NCBI GenBank assembly: GCA_965207445.1
Contig: CBDBLX010000001.1
Location: forward strand, 57,041 to 121,040
DNA from: Nitrosopumilus sp.
Lineage (GTDB): Archaea; Thermoproteota; Nitrososphaeria; Nitrososphaerales; Nitrosopumilaceae
Reading direction: 5' to 3'
DNA: 64,000 nucleotides
Shown here: piece after piece, positions 32,190 to 42,660 of the stretch
Layout: every line of letters begins with the position of its first letter
Numbering within the stretch: the first letter of the stretch is position 1
Notes under the pieces: model-generated
What the model was told of the DNA's origin: nothing
The model's input: the letters and a program-made list of their open reading frames with translations, nothing else
Database searches by the model: none
Made by a program: the position numbers and the translations under genes

Positions 32190-33689
32190 ATGATAGATTA
32201 TGAACAAGTAGTAAAACTTGCACTAGAGCGCGGTTTTTACTTTCCAAGTTGTGAGGTGTACGGGGATGCACAAGCAGGATTCTGGGAGTATGGGCCATCA
32301 GGTGTTGCACTAAAAAATAAATTTCTAGAGTTGTGGCGACGTGAACTTCTCAGAAGAGACTCGATGATGGAGATCGACGGCTCTCAGATAATGTCAGGTT
32401 CAGTATTTGAGGCATCAGGGCATTTGGCAAGTTTTGCAGATCCTATCATTAAATGCCAAAAATGTGGGCTGACAGCAAGAGCAGACAAGACAATACAAGA
32501 GATAGCAAACATTACAGTGCCCGAGTCAGCAGAGCCTGGAGAGTTTGATGATATCATATCAAGATATGACATACGGTGTCCCAAATGCAAGGGTGAATTT
32601 ACAAAAACTGAGCGATTCAATATGATGTTTAAAGTAGGAATTGGTCCTGAGCAAAGGGAAGCTTTTTTGCGCCCAGAGACGTGTCAGTCAATATTCGTCG
32701 ACTTTCCCAGATTATACAAGTCGATGAGAGGTACATTACCAATAGGAATAGGGCAGATAGGTAAGAGTTTTAGAAACGAGATTGCACCAAGACAAGGTCT
32801 GTTGAGATTGCGCGAGTTTTATCAAGCAGAGATTGAAGTATTTTGTAATCCTCAACGACTCGATGAGGTACCAAATTTTGCAGAGGTGGCAGATGTAGAG
32901 TTAAATTTACAGTTGGACTCTGATGATGATGGTGGTGGTGGTGGTGAAGGTGGTGGTACACAACATACTGTAACATGTGAACAAGCAGTAAAAAATGGCT
33001 TTTTGCCAAATAAATTGATCGCATATTATTTGGGCATGTTAACTGAATTTTATCAAAAAACCGGAATTGACATGTCATATAGTAGATTTCGTAAATTGGG
33101 ACAAAAAGAAAAGGCGTTTTATGCACAAGTCGCATTTGATTTTGAGGTCAAGACCTCGACTGGATGGCTAGAGTTAGTTGCGTGTAATTACAGATCAGGG
33201 CACGATCTGCAAGGACATGCTGATAAAAGTGGAGAAAAATTTGAGGTGATCGACTGTGAGCAAAAAGTATTGCCACATGTCTTTGAGATATCAATGGGCA
33301 TTGATCGCAGTTTGTACACCATACTAGAGCATAGTTTGTATTTTGACAAAGAGCACGAGAACAGAAAGGTATTGTCATTAAAGCCGTATTTGGCGCCAGT
33401 ACATATTGGTGTCTTGTCTCTAGTCAAAAAAGATGGGTTGCGTGAAAAGACAGATGAGATATATGGTATGATAAAACGAAAATGTGACGCATTTTTAGAT
33501 CATTCTGGTGCCATTGGTAGACGATACAGGCGACTAGATGAAGTAGGGGCCCCGTTTGCCATAACAGTCGATCATCAGACATTGCAAGACCAAACTATCA
33601 CAATTAGAATGCGAGATAGTATGGAGCAATCAAGGATTAGTATATCACAGTTAGATGAGTTTGTAGCAAAACGTATTGCATATCCATAA
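32190..33689 (+). CDS. glyS: glycyl-tRNA synthetase
   Basis: SGH..F.DP, LRPETCQ, FRNEIAPR, RLREFYQAEIE, IGRRYRRLDEVG. Confidence 0.96.
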   Translation: MIDYEQVVKLALERGFYFPSCEVYGDAQAGFWEYGPSGVALKNKFLELWRRELLRRDSMMEIDGSQIMSGSVFEASGHLASFADPIIKCQKCGLTARADKTIQEIANITVPESAEPGEFDDIISRYDIRCPKCKGEFTKTERFNMMFKVGIGPEQREAFLRPETCQSIFVDFPRLYKSMRGTLPIGIGQIGKSFRNEIAPRQGLLRLREFYQAEIEVFCNPQRLDEVPNFAEVADVELNLQLDSDDDGGGGGEGGGTQHTVTCEQAVKNGFLPNKLIAYYLGMLTEFYQKTGIDMSYSRFRKLGQKEKAFYAQVAFDFEVKTSTGWLELVACNYRSGHDLQGHADKSGEKFEVIDCEQKVLPHVFEISMGIDRSLYTILEHSLYFDKEHENRKVLSLKPYLAPVHIGVLSLVKKDGLREKTDEIYGMIKRKCDAFLDHSGAIGRRYRRLDEVGAPFAITVDHQTLQDQTITIRMRDSMEQSRISISQLDEFVAKRIAYP

Positions 33690-33922
33690 CAAAAAATACA
33701 TATAAAATAAAAGATCATTTATTAGTTATTCCAAATAGAAATTTGGTTTTATTTGTATAGACCTTTTGCACAATCAACATATTATAAGAAAAAATCAAAG
33801 TAAATTTCAATAAAAAATCATATTACTATATGATATATGATAGATGGAAAATAAATAAAAGCAAGTCCGGGTAAAATGAATCCTTAATTACTGCTCAGAG
33901 ATCAAACTTTAATTTTTTCTCT

Positions 33923-34122
33923 TTAGAATCCAAGTATACGGTGGTTAACTAGCCCCGATATAATCTGCAAGATACGGTCAAGAGAGTCATCAAATTTAAT
34001 GTATATATTTCGCAGCACTGAAAAATGTTTTAGTTTTCCTATTGCATGCTCTATTTTGATTCGAATTTTACTGATGGACTTGTTGTGTTTTTTTCTCATT
34101 TTCTACCAACTCTTTTTTTGAT
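33923..34122 (-). pseudogene. IS5-family (DDE_Tnp_4-like) transposase C-terminal remnant
   Basis: Hand translation: KKELVENEKK (frameshift) HNKSISKIRIKIEHAIGKLKHFSVL...GLVNHR. Confidence 0.7.
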
Positions 34123-34577
34123 TCCTCCACGTGCAAATGATTTCAATGTGACTAGTGCATATTCTGTATTTTCTTGTAATTCTGAGCTTTTATACGAACG
34201 GCCACGAGTTACAGTAATCATGTTGTTCAAATACACAGGGTTATCTCTACTAGTAACATCTAAAGATGTTTTATCTTTGAACAGTAAAATTTTCTGTGCG
34301 TTTACAATTTTTTTAAATTGATCATCAATTGTTTTTAGATCTATTATATCTACACTAAAGAAGATCAGAATCGTCAAATTCAATACTCAGGTTTGTCATG
34401 GTGTTGTGGTCTATGGGTCGTTCACCCTCCACGGCAAGATCCAGATCTGAGCCATCATGTGTTGTCCATTTAGATCTGCTTCCAAATACCCATTCTGACA
34501 TCTGGCTCAAGATGTCTTTGAAGAATATCGCACACCATACTCATGTGATTCGGGGATATGTCGATTGAACTAGTCAA
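34123..34577 (-). pseudogene. MNT-HsdS fusion pseudogene (frameshifted MNT plus truncated TRD1)
   Basis: Relic WVFGSRSKWTTHDGSDLDLAV with two frameshifts; 34123-34289 matches 50324-50490 with one mismatch. Confidence 0.85.
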
Positions 34578-35001
34578 CAGACGTATTCATCTCCTTGAGG
34601 TGGGCCAAGGTATATTGTGCATCCTGCAGAAAATCTACCACACCTTCAAAGATCTCTTGTGCCTTGTCCTCATTGTATGTGTGACTGGTGGTTCCACGAC
34701 TTTCTCTGTATTTGCGCCAAACGGTCACATCAGAACATACAAGATTCTTGCCATATGCTTCTCGTATAATTCTGTTAAAAGTCATATCGTTAACTGTTTT
34801 GGGACTGGGTGTAGTTTCTATCAAATATCGCTTGATCATTTTAAATGTAAGTTCATATGTAAATTCAAAGGCCAGTATGGTGGCCGAGCGCAGGTGTCTC
34901 TGCAACACAACATCATTCCTAGTTGCCTCTCGCTTGTATATGTCCAAGGACTCTTCTAGTTGGGCCACTGCTCTCTCCAATGGTCCAAGATCAAGACTCA
35001 T
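34570..35001 (-). CDS. HEPN-domain protein (HI0074-type), putative RNase toxin
   Basis: AFEFTYEL, IIREAY, RGTTSHTY (Rx4H). Confidence 0.9.
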   Translation of the reverse strand: MSLDLGPLERAVAQLEESLDIYKREATRNDVVLQRHLRSATILAFEFTYELTFKMIKRYLIETTPSPKTVNDMTFNRIIREAYGKNLVCSDVTVWRKYRESRGTTSHTYNEDKAQEIFEGVVDFLQDAQYTLAHLKEMNTSVD

Positions 35002-35174
35002 ACGCCATCCTCCATGCCTGCAAACCCCAAGTCCATTATATTTTTTGTGATGAATTTGTCCAGTTTCCGCGCTTTAGACTGTTGTTTGCCTAATTCGGCT
35101 GCCAGCCGCCTCATCTTTTGCTCAAACGACTCACCATCACCTTCCTCCTGAAGTGCAACTCCTACGTAACGTCC
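34998..35174 (-). pseudogene. orphan HsdM C-terminal fragment
   Basis: GRYVGVALQEEGDGESFEQKMRRLAAELGKQQSKARKLDKFITKNIMDLGF; its stop overlaps the HEPN ATG. Confidence 0.8.
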
Positions 35175-35187
35175 CTATTGTTATATA

Positions 35188-35619
35188 ATGATTGACGTCT
35201 TTACGCGGGTCTGGGTGAGATACACCCTAAGCACTACTACCAATGCAACTGCCGCTGTAAAGACGCTACTTGATGCACTGCATAGGCATCCCAAAGCAGA
35301 TCTTACCAAGCTCACGATACGTACTGATCATGGTAGTCAGTATACGAGTAAAGAATTCAATTTAACCATTAGTGCGCTGGATCTAAAACATGAATACATG
35401 AGATACAAGACACCACAGCATAACGGACATTGTGAATCATTTCATGGAAAACTTAAATTCGAATATGTATGGCCAGCATATCCGGAATCCTTTCAAGAAG
35501 CAGAGAAGATCATACTGAGAGCATTTGTTGATTATAACAAACGACGTCTCCACTCTGCAATCGGATACATGCCGCCAGCAGAATTTGCATCCAAATGGGA
35601 AGAGGCAGAAAACTCATGA
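35188..35619 (+). pseudogene. IS3-family transposase, integrase-core fragment
   Basis: IDVFTR, RTDHGSQY, PQHNGHCESFH, YNKRRLHSAIGYMPP; N-terminus missing. Confidence 0.85.
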
Positions 35620-35714
35620 CTGGCGATCTCTCGATTTTTTCTCAAAAAGCGCTCTCAATTCATAGGGGTCCAGCTCACGATCTTGATAATGAACAATAAC
35701 TTTTTGAATTTTGT

Positions 35715-37703
35715 TTATTCGTCTCTTTTTTGTGTTTGTTGCTTGTACCCTATATCTTTGATCTGACTCTTTCCAGATGGCAACACTCTAACAAAGTCAT
35801 CAAGATGGATTATCTTTGTTATGGTCTCATTTACATTTAGAAATTCTGTTCTAATTCGCTTGGCGGCCTCTGCTAGATCAAAGCCGTGTGGTTCGATAAT
35901 CGCATATATCACACAATGAGATATGATGGGTTCTGGGGGCCCACATATCAATATATAATCATCATTATGTTTGATAATTCCAACTGCCAATCGCAACGTT
36001 TGAGCACGAATCAAGTTGCGTTGCCCCTGTATAGTAAATGATCCTTTTGGAAGAAATTGGCCTGTTGGTGCAGATTTTTTTACTTGGTCAGGATGCACCC
36101 AAAATGCACTCATGCCATACATTCCCTCTTTCCATGCCCTGCTAAAGCATACAGTTGCATGTGCGACCTCATTCATGCTTACATCAGAAGGCGATACGGC
36201 ATCTTTGAGTATGAAAAATGGCGATCCATGAACCTCTGCATGAAACACACGGTCATCTTTTGACATCTGCTTTCTGATAACAGCAGAGTTTGATGCAGCA
36301 TCACGTCCGCCTACTGCAAGAGAGCCATCAGATGTCAAGAACCATCTATACCTTTCAAACCAACTCTTTTTGCGTATCTCAGAGGCTAGTTCATCGGCTT
36401 TGCTACGATCAGATTCGGCAGTGTTTTGTAGTTTGGCAAGTTTGCGTTGTGCCTCTTGCATCGATTTTTGTATGGCAGGTGCCGCTTTTGCCTGATGCTT
36501 TGCCTCATCAAACAGTTTGGATGCTACTGATTGTAGTGAGGTTTCCATGTTTACGTTTATTTTTTTATTATCAGATATTAAGATTAGATGCGCACCCTTT
36601 TCTTGAATTATGCGAGCGTTGCACTGTTCTAATGCAGGGGTTATTTGCGCATCTGACATTGACAGTACACCTTGAGACGCAAGGCTCATCAGTGATCGCG
36701 CCAATGCACTGATAGACTCTGATCGGTCCATTACAAGACGTATGGCTTTTTCCTGCTCGATAATCTTTGTCTGTAGATCTTTTATTCTAGTTGCAGAGTG
36801 TGATGTTTTGACATCTCTTGCCTTTCCAATTAATGATTCTGTGAATATTTTATCTAGTCCTGCCATAAAGGTCGACACAGACACTATTTTTTTACTAGAT
36901 TCAGAGTCAGATGTATCTGGAATTATATCTTTGATTGGAATGGCCTCTGATTTGTCACCATCATATATTATGGCAGGTCTATGATTGCCATTTATGATAT
37001 CAGAGACTAGTCTTTGAATAGTAGAAAATATTGTATTTACTTGTTCTGTGTTTAGTTGTTGTCCGATAGTTCCAGATTTGATATTTGATATGTACAGTAT
37101 GCCTTCTGCATATTTTTTTGGCAAGCCTAGTGAGCGGCCAATCCATCTTGCAACTGCCATGTCGGTGTCTTGTAATTTGTTAAAATGATGCGCAGAGAGA
37201 TTTAAAATATCAATTGTATTTTCTGCATCATTACCAGAGATGGCGGGAGGTGGCATATACACAGATCCAACATTTAATGTTCTGTGTCTGACGTTTACTG
37301 AACGCATCAGTGCAAGTATCTTCATATTTTGCTCATCACATAAGATTACATTACCATCACCGAATAATTCTACTACCAAGACGTAATGATTATCGAACCC
37401 TTCAAACGTAAGATAGACAATACGCTCAGCACCTATCTGTTTAATACTCTCTAGTCTCATGCGCAAAAGGTTGCTTCGCAGACGCCGCTGCATCTTGTTT
37501 TCTTCTATCTGGCTTAGTTTAGTTGATGTTAACCATATGCCAAACACAGAGATCATTAAAAACAAGTCGTCTTTGGTGGTGTGATGTAGCTTGAAGAGTA
37601 TGCTGTCGCGTGTGATGCCATAGATGTTATTGACATAATAGCCGTCTAGTTGATCAGAGATATGATCTACAATAAAACGAAGTTCTATTCCAGCAAGGGC
37701 CAT
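35715..37703 (-). CDS. rqcH: NFACT/FbpA-family ribosome quality-control protein
   Basis: ELFGDGNVIL, WFERYRWF, GGRDAASN, FHAEVHGSP, LPKGSF. Confidence 0.9.
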   Translation of the reverse strand: MALAGIELRFIVDHISDQLDGYYVNNIYGITRDSILFKLHHTTKDDLFLMISVFGIWLTSTKLSQIEENKMQRRLRSNLLRMRLESIKQIGAERIVYLTFEGFDNHYVLVVELFGDGNVILCDEQNMKILALMRSVNVRHRTLNVGSVYMPPPAISGNDAENTIDILNLSAHHFNKLQDTDMAVARWIGRSLGLPKKYAEGILYISNIKSGTIGQQLNTEQVNTIFSTIQRLVSDIINGNHRPAIIYDGDKSEAIPIKDIIPDTSDSESSKKIVSVSTFMAGLDKIFTESLIGKARDVKTSHSATRIKDLQTKIIEQEKAIRLVMDRSESISALARSLMSLASQGVLSMSDAQITPALEQCNARIIQEKGAHLILISDNKKINVNMETSLQSVASKLFDEAKHQAKAAPAIQKSMQEAQRKLAKLQNTAESDRSKADELASEIRKKSWFERYRWFLTSDGSLAVGGRDAASNSAVIRKQMSKDDRVFHAEVHGSPFFILKDAVSPSDVSMNEVAHATVCFSRAWKEGMYGMSAFWVHPDQVKKSAPTGQFLPKGSFTIQGQRNLIRAQTLRLAVGIIKHNDDYILICGPPEPIISHCVIYAIIEPHGFDLAEAAKRIRTEFLNVNETITKIIHLDDFVRVLPSGKSQIKDIGYKQQTQKRDE

Positions 37704-38009
37704 TATAATATTCGTAATATACGTAAATTAAACTCCTTGCCAATTATGATTATCTGCTAGACTGTCAGTCTAGTTACAAACACGTCTCCAAACAAGTCTG
37801 ATATTTGTTATATTTGCATAATAAAATTAAAAGTTTGAAACGAGTTTGCAGAGATGACAAGTACTCAGTCTAATCCCAAAAACATGTCACAGCATATTTG
37901 GTCCAATTTTGGTATCACGTGTGATATTACGATCAGATGTAGATGATTAAAAATAGTTAAACAACACAAAAGGTATTAAACAAGGCATAGGGAATACACG
38001 CTAGATTAC

Positions 38010-38507
38010 TTGGCAAAATTCAAAAAGAGAAAATCAAATCCGACGGTAACAAAAGACGGCAAAACCACAAAACAAGACACGTCTGATATACCACCTACTG
38101 AACATGTAGATGATGAACGGCCAACAGTAAGGCCACCACCAGGGCCTCCACCACCACCCATTGATCCACCATTCTCAGAGGCAGAAAGGAGTGAAAAAGA
38201 CCGCAAGCTCAACCAACTGTTCTGGTTGCGCATAATAGTTTCAGTTTCAGCAGGAATAGCTGCCACATTTGTCTTTGAGGGTATTGAGGGAGAAGAGCGG
38301 AGATGGGCATCTATTGCATTTATGATTATACTGTTTATTGCCACGATTATAGTAGCAAAGAGCATGAAGATGCAGCTGCCATCATCTGATAGAAAAAAGA
38401 TCGTCACACAAGCACTTGGCAGCTACGTATTTTTGTATTTGTTCACTTGGATTGTATCATATACTCTAGTGAACCTGGAGAATGTACAAAATGGAATCAA
38501 TCTCTAA
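38010..38507 (+). CDS. hypothetical membrane protein (3 TM, Pro-rich N-terminus)
   Basis: Three hydrophobic segments. Confidence 0.7.
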   Translation: MAKFKKRKSNPTVTKDGKTTKQDTSDIPPTEHVDDERPTVRPPPGPPPPPIDPPFSEAERSEKDRKLNQLFWLRIIVSVSAGIAATFVFEGIEGEERRWASIAFMIILFIATIIVAKSMKMQLPSSDRKKIVTQALGSYVFLYLFTWIVSYTLVNLENVQNGINL

Positions 38508-39168
38508 AAAGATTCCAAAAGAGGCAATAGGGAATCACACTTACTGGGGTTCGATGTCACCTGGCATTCCTGATGAGTACTTTGAGAGGACAGAAAATGT
38601 TCCCATCACAAAACAAGAGATACGTAGTATAATCATCAACAGAGCAAGACTCCATTCGGGTAATTGCATATTGGAGGTAGGAAGTGGTTCGGGTTCTGTC
38701 ACAGTCGAGGTTGCAATTCAACTAGGCCCAAAAGGAATCGTCACAACAATTGATCATGATGAAAATGCAGTTAAACTTACAAAAAAGAACCTAGTAAGAT
38801 TTGGATTTGATTACATGACAAAAATAGTACATGGTGATGCAGTAGATGTAATAACAAAAAAAGAAGAAGAAGATGAACCAGTAACAAAGTACCAAGCAGT
38901 AATTATTGGTGGGACGGGAGGAGACACTGCAAATATCATAAAGGCGTGCTCTGATCAATTGATCAAAGGTGGTCGAATGGTAATCAGTACAATACAGATA
39001 GAGACACTAAGCGCAGTACTAGACACATTATACAACATGCAATTCAAAGAGATAGATGTGACACAAGCTACCATATCAAAGAGTCGTAAGACATCAAGTG
39101 GTACCATGATGCTTGCTCGAAATCCAGTCACAATAGTATCTGCGACTCAAAATTCAGATACTAGTTAA
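38491..39168 (+). CDS. cbiT: cobalt-precorrin-6B C15-methyltransferase (decarboxylating)
   Basis: PGIPDEYF, PITKQEIR, VGSGSGSV, MLARNPV. Confidence 0.92.
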   Translation: MESISKKIPKEAIGNHTYWGSMSPGIPDEYFERTENVPITKQEIRSIIINRARLHSGNCILEVGSGSGSVTVEVAIQLGPKGIVTTIDHDENAVKLTKKNLVRFGFDYMTKIVHGDAVDVITKKEEEDEPVTKYQAVIIGGTGGDTANIIKACSDQLIKGGRMVISTIQIETLSAVLDTLYNMQFKEIDVTQATISKSRKTSSGTMMLARNPVTIVSATQNSDTS

Positions 39169-39291
39169 GATGAGATTAAGAATAATCAGGTCCGGGTGCG
39201 ATCATAATGTTACCAATCAAATGTTGCCAATCAAATGTGCATTAACATTAGATTAATTTAGATTAAAAATAGGTTGCCACACACCAACATT

Positions 39292-40035
39292 ATGGCAGGT
39301 TTGATAGGAATAGGTGTAGGTCCTGGTGATGCAGAGTTATTGACCATCAAGGCAGTGCGTGCAATACACAATGCAGATATTATCATGTGTCCAGCATCTG
39401 CACCTGACAGAGACAGTATAGCATATTCTATCGTCTCAGATGTGATAAATGACAATCCGACTCAAAAAAAAAATAAACAACAAAAAGTTATAAAATTAAT
39501 TTTCCCAATGACAAAAGATCGCAACATATTAGAAGAGACATGGCGTCGTAACGCAGAGATCATGGCTCAAACAGTAGCAACAGGTAAGAATATTGTATAT
39601 TTGACAGTCGGTGATCCGTATCTGTACAGTACATGGATATACATGCACAGGCACTTGCGCGCCAAGTATCCAGATATGAGTATATCAGTAATACCGGGTA
39701 TCGTGTCAATGTTTTCGTTTGCATCAAAGGTAGGAGTCAGTGTCGCAGAGGGAGCAGAGAAAGTGGCAGTAATTCCTTCTTGTTATGACATGGCAGGCGT
39801 CAAAGAGATAGCTAGACATGCAGAATCAATGATATTTCTCAAAGATGGTAGATACTTTGATCAAGTGATACAAGTATTACGTGAGTCTGGATTTGGTCCA
39901 AAGTCGATATTTGCAATAGGTCAATCACTAGGAACAGAACAAGAGATAATACAAAAGATGACATTAGATGAGGTAGACGATGCAGATTTAGGCTCAAGAT
40001 ACTTTTCGATATTGGTGGTCAAGCGTGTCAACTAA
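39292..40035 (+). CDS. cbiL: cobalt-factor II C20-methyltransferase
   Basis: GVGPGDAELLTIKA, FPMTKD, VGDPYLYST. Confidence 0.92.
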   Translation: MAGLIGIGVGPGDAELLTIKAVRAIHNADIIMCPASAPDRDSIAYSIVSDVINDNPTQKKNKQQKVIKLIFPMTKDRNILEETWRRNAEIMAQTVATGKNIVYLTVGDPYLYSTWIYMHRHLRAKYPDMSISVIPGIVSMFSFASKVGVSVAEGAEKVAVIPSCYDMAGVKEIARHAESMIFLKDGRYFDQVIQVLRESGFGPKSIFAIGQSLGTEQEIIQKMTLDEVDDADLGSRYFSILVVKRVN

Positions 40036-40804
40036 TAAAAAAGAGGTATATTTTGTTGGATGTGGTCCAGGCGATCCTGAACTAGTCACGATAAAGGCGC
40101 AAAAACTGATCAAAAGTGCCGATGTTATAGTGTACTCTGGCTCATTGATTCCACCACAGATCATCGCAATGGCAAAAAAAACGGCAGAATTGCATGATGC
40201 AGCAAAGATGATAAGAGAAGAGATATTCGATACGTTATACCAAAGTGCAATTAAATGTAAGATTGTGTTGCGTCTGCACGACGGTGATCCTGCCATATAT
40301 GGTGCCATCAAAGAACAGATTGATGCATTACATAAAAAAGAGATACAAACCAAAATCATACCAGGCGTCACATCATTTTTAGCATCAGCGGCTGCTTTGG
40401 GTACACAACTCACACTACCAGGTGTCACACAAACCATGATAATCACCAGAGCCGAATCACGCACCAAAGTACCAGATGCCGAATCCATATCAAAGTTAGC
40501 AGCGCACAAGGCAACTATGATATTTTATCTTAGTGTACACTTATTAGATGAGATTGTATCAGAATCCATCAAAGGAGGTTACAAAAGTACTACACCTGTT
40601 GCTGTGATATATCGTGCAAGTTGGGATGATCAAAAAGTGATTAAAAGTACATTAAATGACATTAAACAGAAAACAAAGGATGCTCACATTACGAAAACTG
40701 CAATTGTGATTATCGGTGACGTGATAAATCCAGAGTCGTACGAATATTCTAGACTGTACGACAAAGAGTTCAGCCACGGATATAGAAAGGCAATAAAAAA
40801 TTAA
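40025..40804 (+). CDS. cbiF: cobalt-precorrin-4 C11-methyltransferase
   Basis: GCGPGDPEL, RLHDGDPAIYGAI.EQ, SRLYD..FSH. Confidence 0.95.
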   Translation: MSTNKKEVYFVGCGPGDPELVTIKAQKLIKSADVIVYSGSLIPPQIIAMAKKTAELHDAAKMIREEIFDTLYQSAIKCKIVLRLHDGDPAIYGAIKEQIDALHKKEIQTKIIPGVTSFLASAAALGTQLTLPGVTQTMIITRAESRTKVPDAESISKLAAHKATMIFYLSVHLLDEIVSESIKGGYKSTTPVAVIYRASWDDQKVIKSTLNDIKQKTKDAHITKTAIVIIGDVINPESYEYSRLYDKEFSHGYRKAIKN

Positions 40805-41010
40805 ATCGTACACAAACCCTCACATGACACATGATTAATTTATTATTTTAAAAACAGTAACGATAGTCAAGTTATCATAAATAGAAACAATTTTTTCCAC
40901 CTACAAATATTCATTGTAAGTTAAAAATCTACATAAAAAATTATGATTCAATATAATCGTAATCATAATCAGCATCGTAATCATAATAATCAAAATTATA
41001 ACAATAATAA

Positions 41011-41796
41011 TCAAAATTTTTGCACAGTTTTAATAATTCCAAGTTTCCTCAAATTATCTTGCAGTATGTCATAATTACCAGTAGCATATATCTCTAAACT
41101 ACCCTTGTCTGATTTTTTATACGGATATTTTATGGATATTAATTCTGCCACATTGCGTGCAGGATTTAAAAATTTTACAAGAGGAAACTCTTTTTGCAAC
41201 AGGGGTGACAAAAACGGTAAATGTGTACTAGACAGTGTCATTGTATCAATATCATATTTGGATACGACAGGTGTCAATGTCTTACGTATCAAAACACGAC
41301 ACGACTGCACACATTTCAAAAACAAGCCAGACTCTACTGCATCAACAAGTACAGATGCATCGATTCGATGAATTGTAATGTTGCGTATATCATGCAGTGT
41401 ATATTTTTTGATCAGTTGATCTAATCCTGCACTCTTTATACTAGATGCTGTTGCAAGTATACCAATGTTGCAAGTCTGAGATAGTTTGATGGCACTCTCA
41501 AGTGGAGGCCTCACGCCCATCACATACACACCTTTGCAGTATCCATCATCAATACCCAAGACCATAGTAGGTGTATTTGAAGCAATTACAATCACGTCGG
41601 GATCAAAACGTTCTTTGATATTTTGTATAGTGGTGTGTATGATCTGCTCTAGTTGCTCTTTTGATTTTATACCATATGGAAAGTTCATTGTATCAGCAAG
41701 ATAGATGATCTCGCTTGTTTTGTTCATCTTTTTTAGCTCTCTTATCACCGATAATGAGCCTAAACCAGAGTCAAAAACCACAATTCTAGTCACCAC
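41011..41796 (-). CDS. glutamate racemase (MurI)-like protein with Ser at both catalytic Cys positions
   Basis: FDSGLGSLSV, D..NFPYG.K, but ASNT and SSTHLP. Confidence 0.85.
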   Translation of the reverse strand: MVTRIVVFDSGLGSLSVIRELKKMNKTSEIIYLADTMNFPYGIKSKEQLEQIIHTTIQNIKERFDPDVIVIASNTPTMVLGIDDGYCKGVYVMGVRPPLESAIKLSQTCNIGILATASSIKSAGLDQLIKKYTLHDIRNITIHRIDASVLVDAVESGLFLKCVQSCRVLIRKTLTPVVSKYDIDTMTLSSTHLPFLSPLLQKEFPLVKFLNPARNVAELISIKYPYKKSDKGSLEIYATGNYDILQDNLRKLGIIKTVQKF

Positions 41797-41884
41797 AATT
41801 AGTGAATTTGGTTTGAATAATTTAGTTTTTTAGCCAAAAAAAACTGACTAGCGTCGTTAAGTACAAACTTTATGACAAGGTATT

Positions 41885-42544
41885 ATGGCAAGTAACTTCG
41901 ACAAAAACTGGGCTAGACCAGATACCCGAAGTGTAGCTGACAAATTTCGTGATGCTACAAGGCCGCAGGGCCCGCTCAAGCCTCGAATCCAGACTGCAGT
42001 TAATGGGTTGCAAGTTCAGATCACAAAGATGGACAGCATGCTCAAGAAACTTGGTGAAAAGGATCAAAAGCTATTTCAGCGGGTCGTCGCAGCCATGCAG
42101 CAGCATGACAGTGCAGCTAGTAGGGTTTACTCTAACGAGTTAGCAGAGGTACGTAAAGTTACAAAGATGCTAAGCAATATGAGGATGGCACTCGAGCAGA
42201 GCCAACTCAGACTGACCACCGTTCATGACTTGGGCGACGCCATGGTAGCACTCCAGCCGGCAATGTCCACTATGAAGGGACTAAAGTCATCGCTTGGAAA
42301 GTTCATGCCAGAGGCCGATTCAGAGCTCAATGCAATGACGCAGACGCTCAATGGTCTTATGATGGACTCACTTGCAGGCGACTCTTTTGGTATGGAATCA
42401 GATGTATCCAACGAAGAGACAGAAGAGATATTGCGACAAGCATCGGCAGTTGCAGAGCAGCAGACCGCTCAGCAGTTCCCATCTGTACCTTCGACTACAG
42501 GATCTTCGTCCCAGATGACAAGCACATCAAACTTTGTTCCGTAA
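41885..42544 (+). CDS. cdvB: ESCRT-III/CdvB paralog (Snf7 family)
   Basis: Coiled coil; YSNELAEVRKV, ALEQSQLRLTTVHDLGD; which paralog is uncertain. Confidence 0.85.
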   Translation: MASNFDKNWARPDTRSVADKFRDATRPQGPLKPRIQTAVNGLQVQITKMDSMLKKLGEKDQKLFQRVVAAMQQHDSAASRVYSNELAEVRKVTKMLSNMRMALEQSQLRLTTVHDLGDAMVALQPAMSTMKGLKSSLGKFMPEADSELNAMTQTLNGLMMDSLAGDSFGMESDVSNEETEEILRQASAVAEQQTAQQFPSVPSTTGSSSQMTSTSNFVP

Positions 42545-42660
42545 TAGGAACAAGTATTTTTCTTTTTTATTATTTTTATGTTATGATCATAAATTGTAAT
42601 CATATGTATTAATATTAAATATACATTTATTATGATTCATAAATATATAATGACAAAAAA

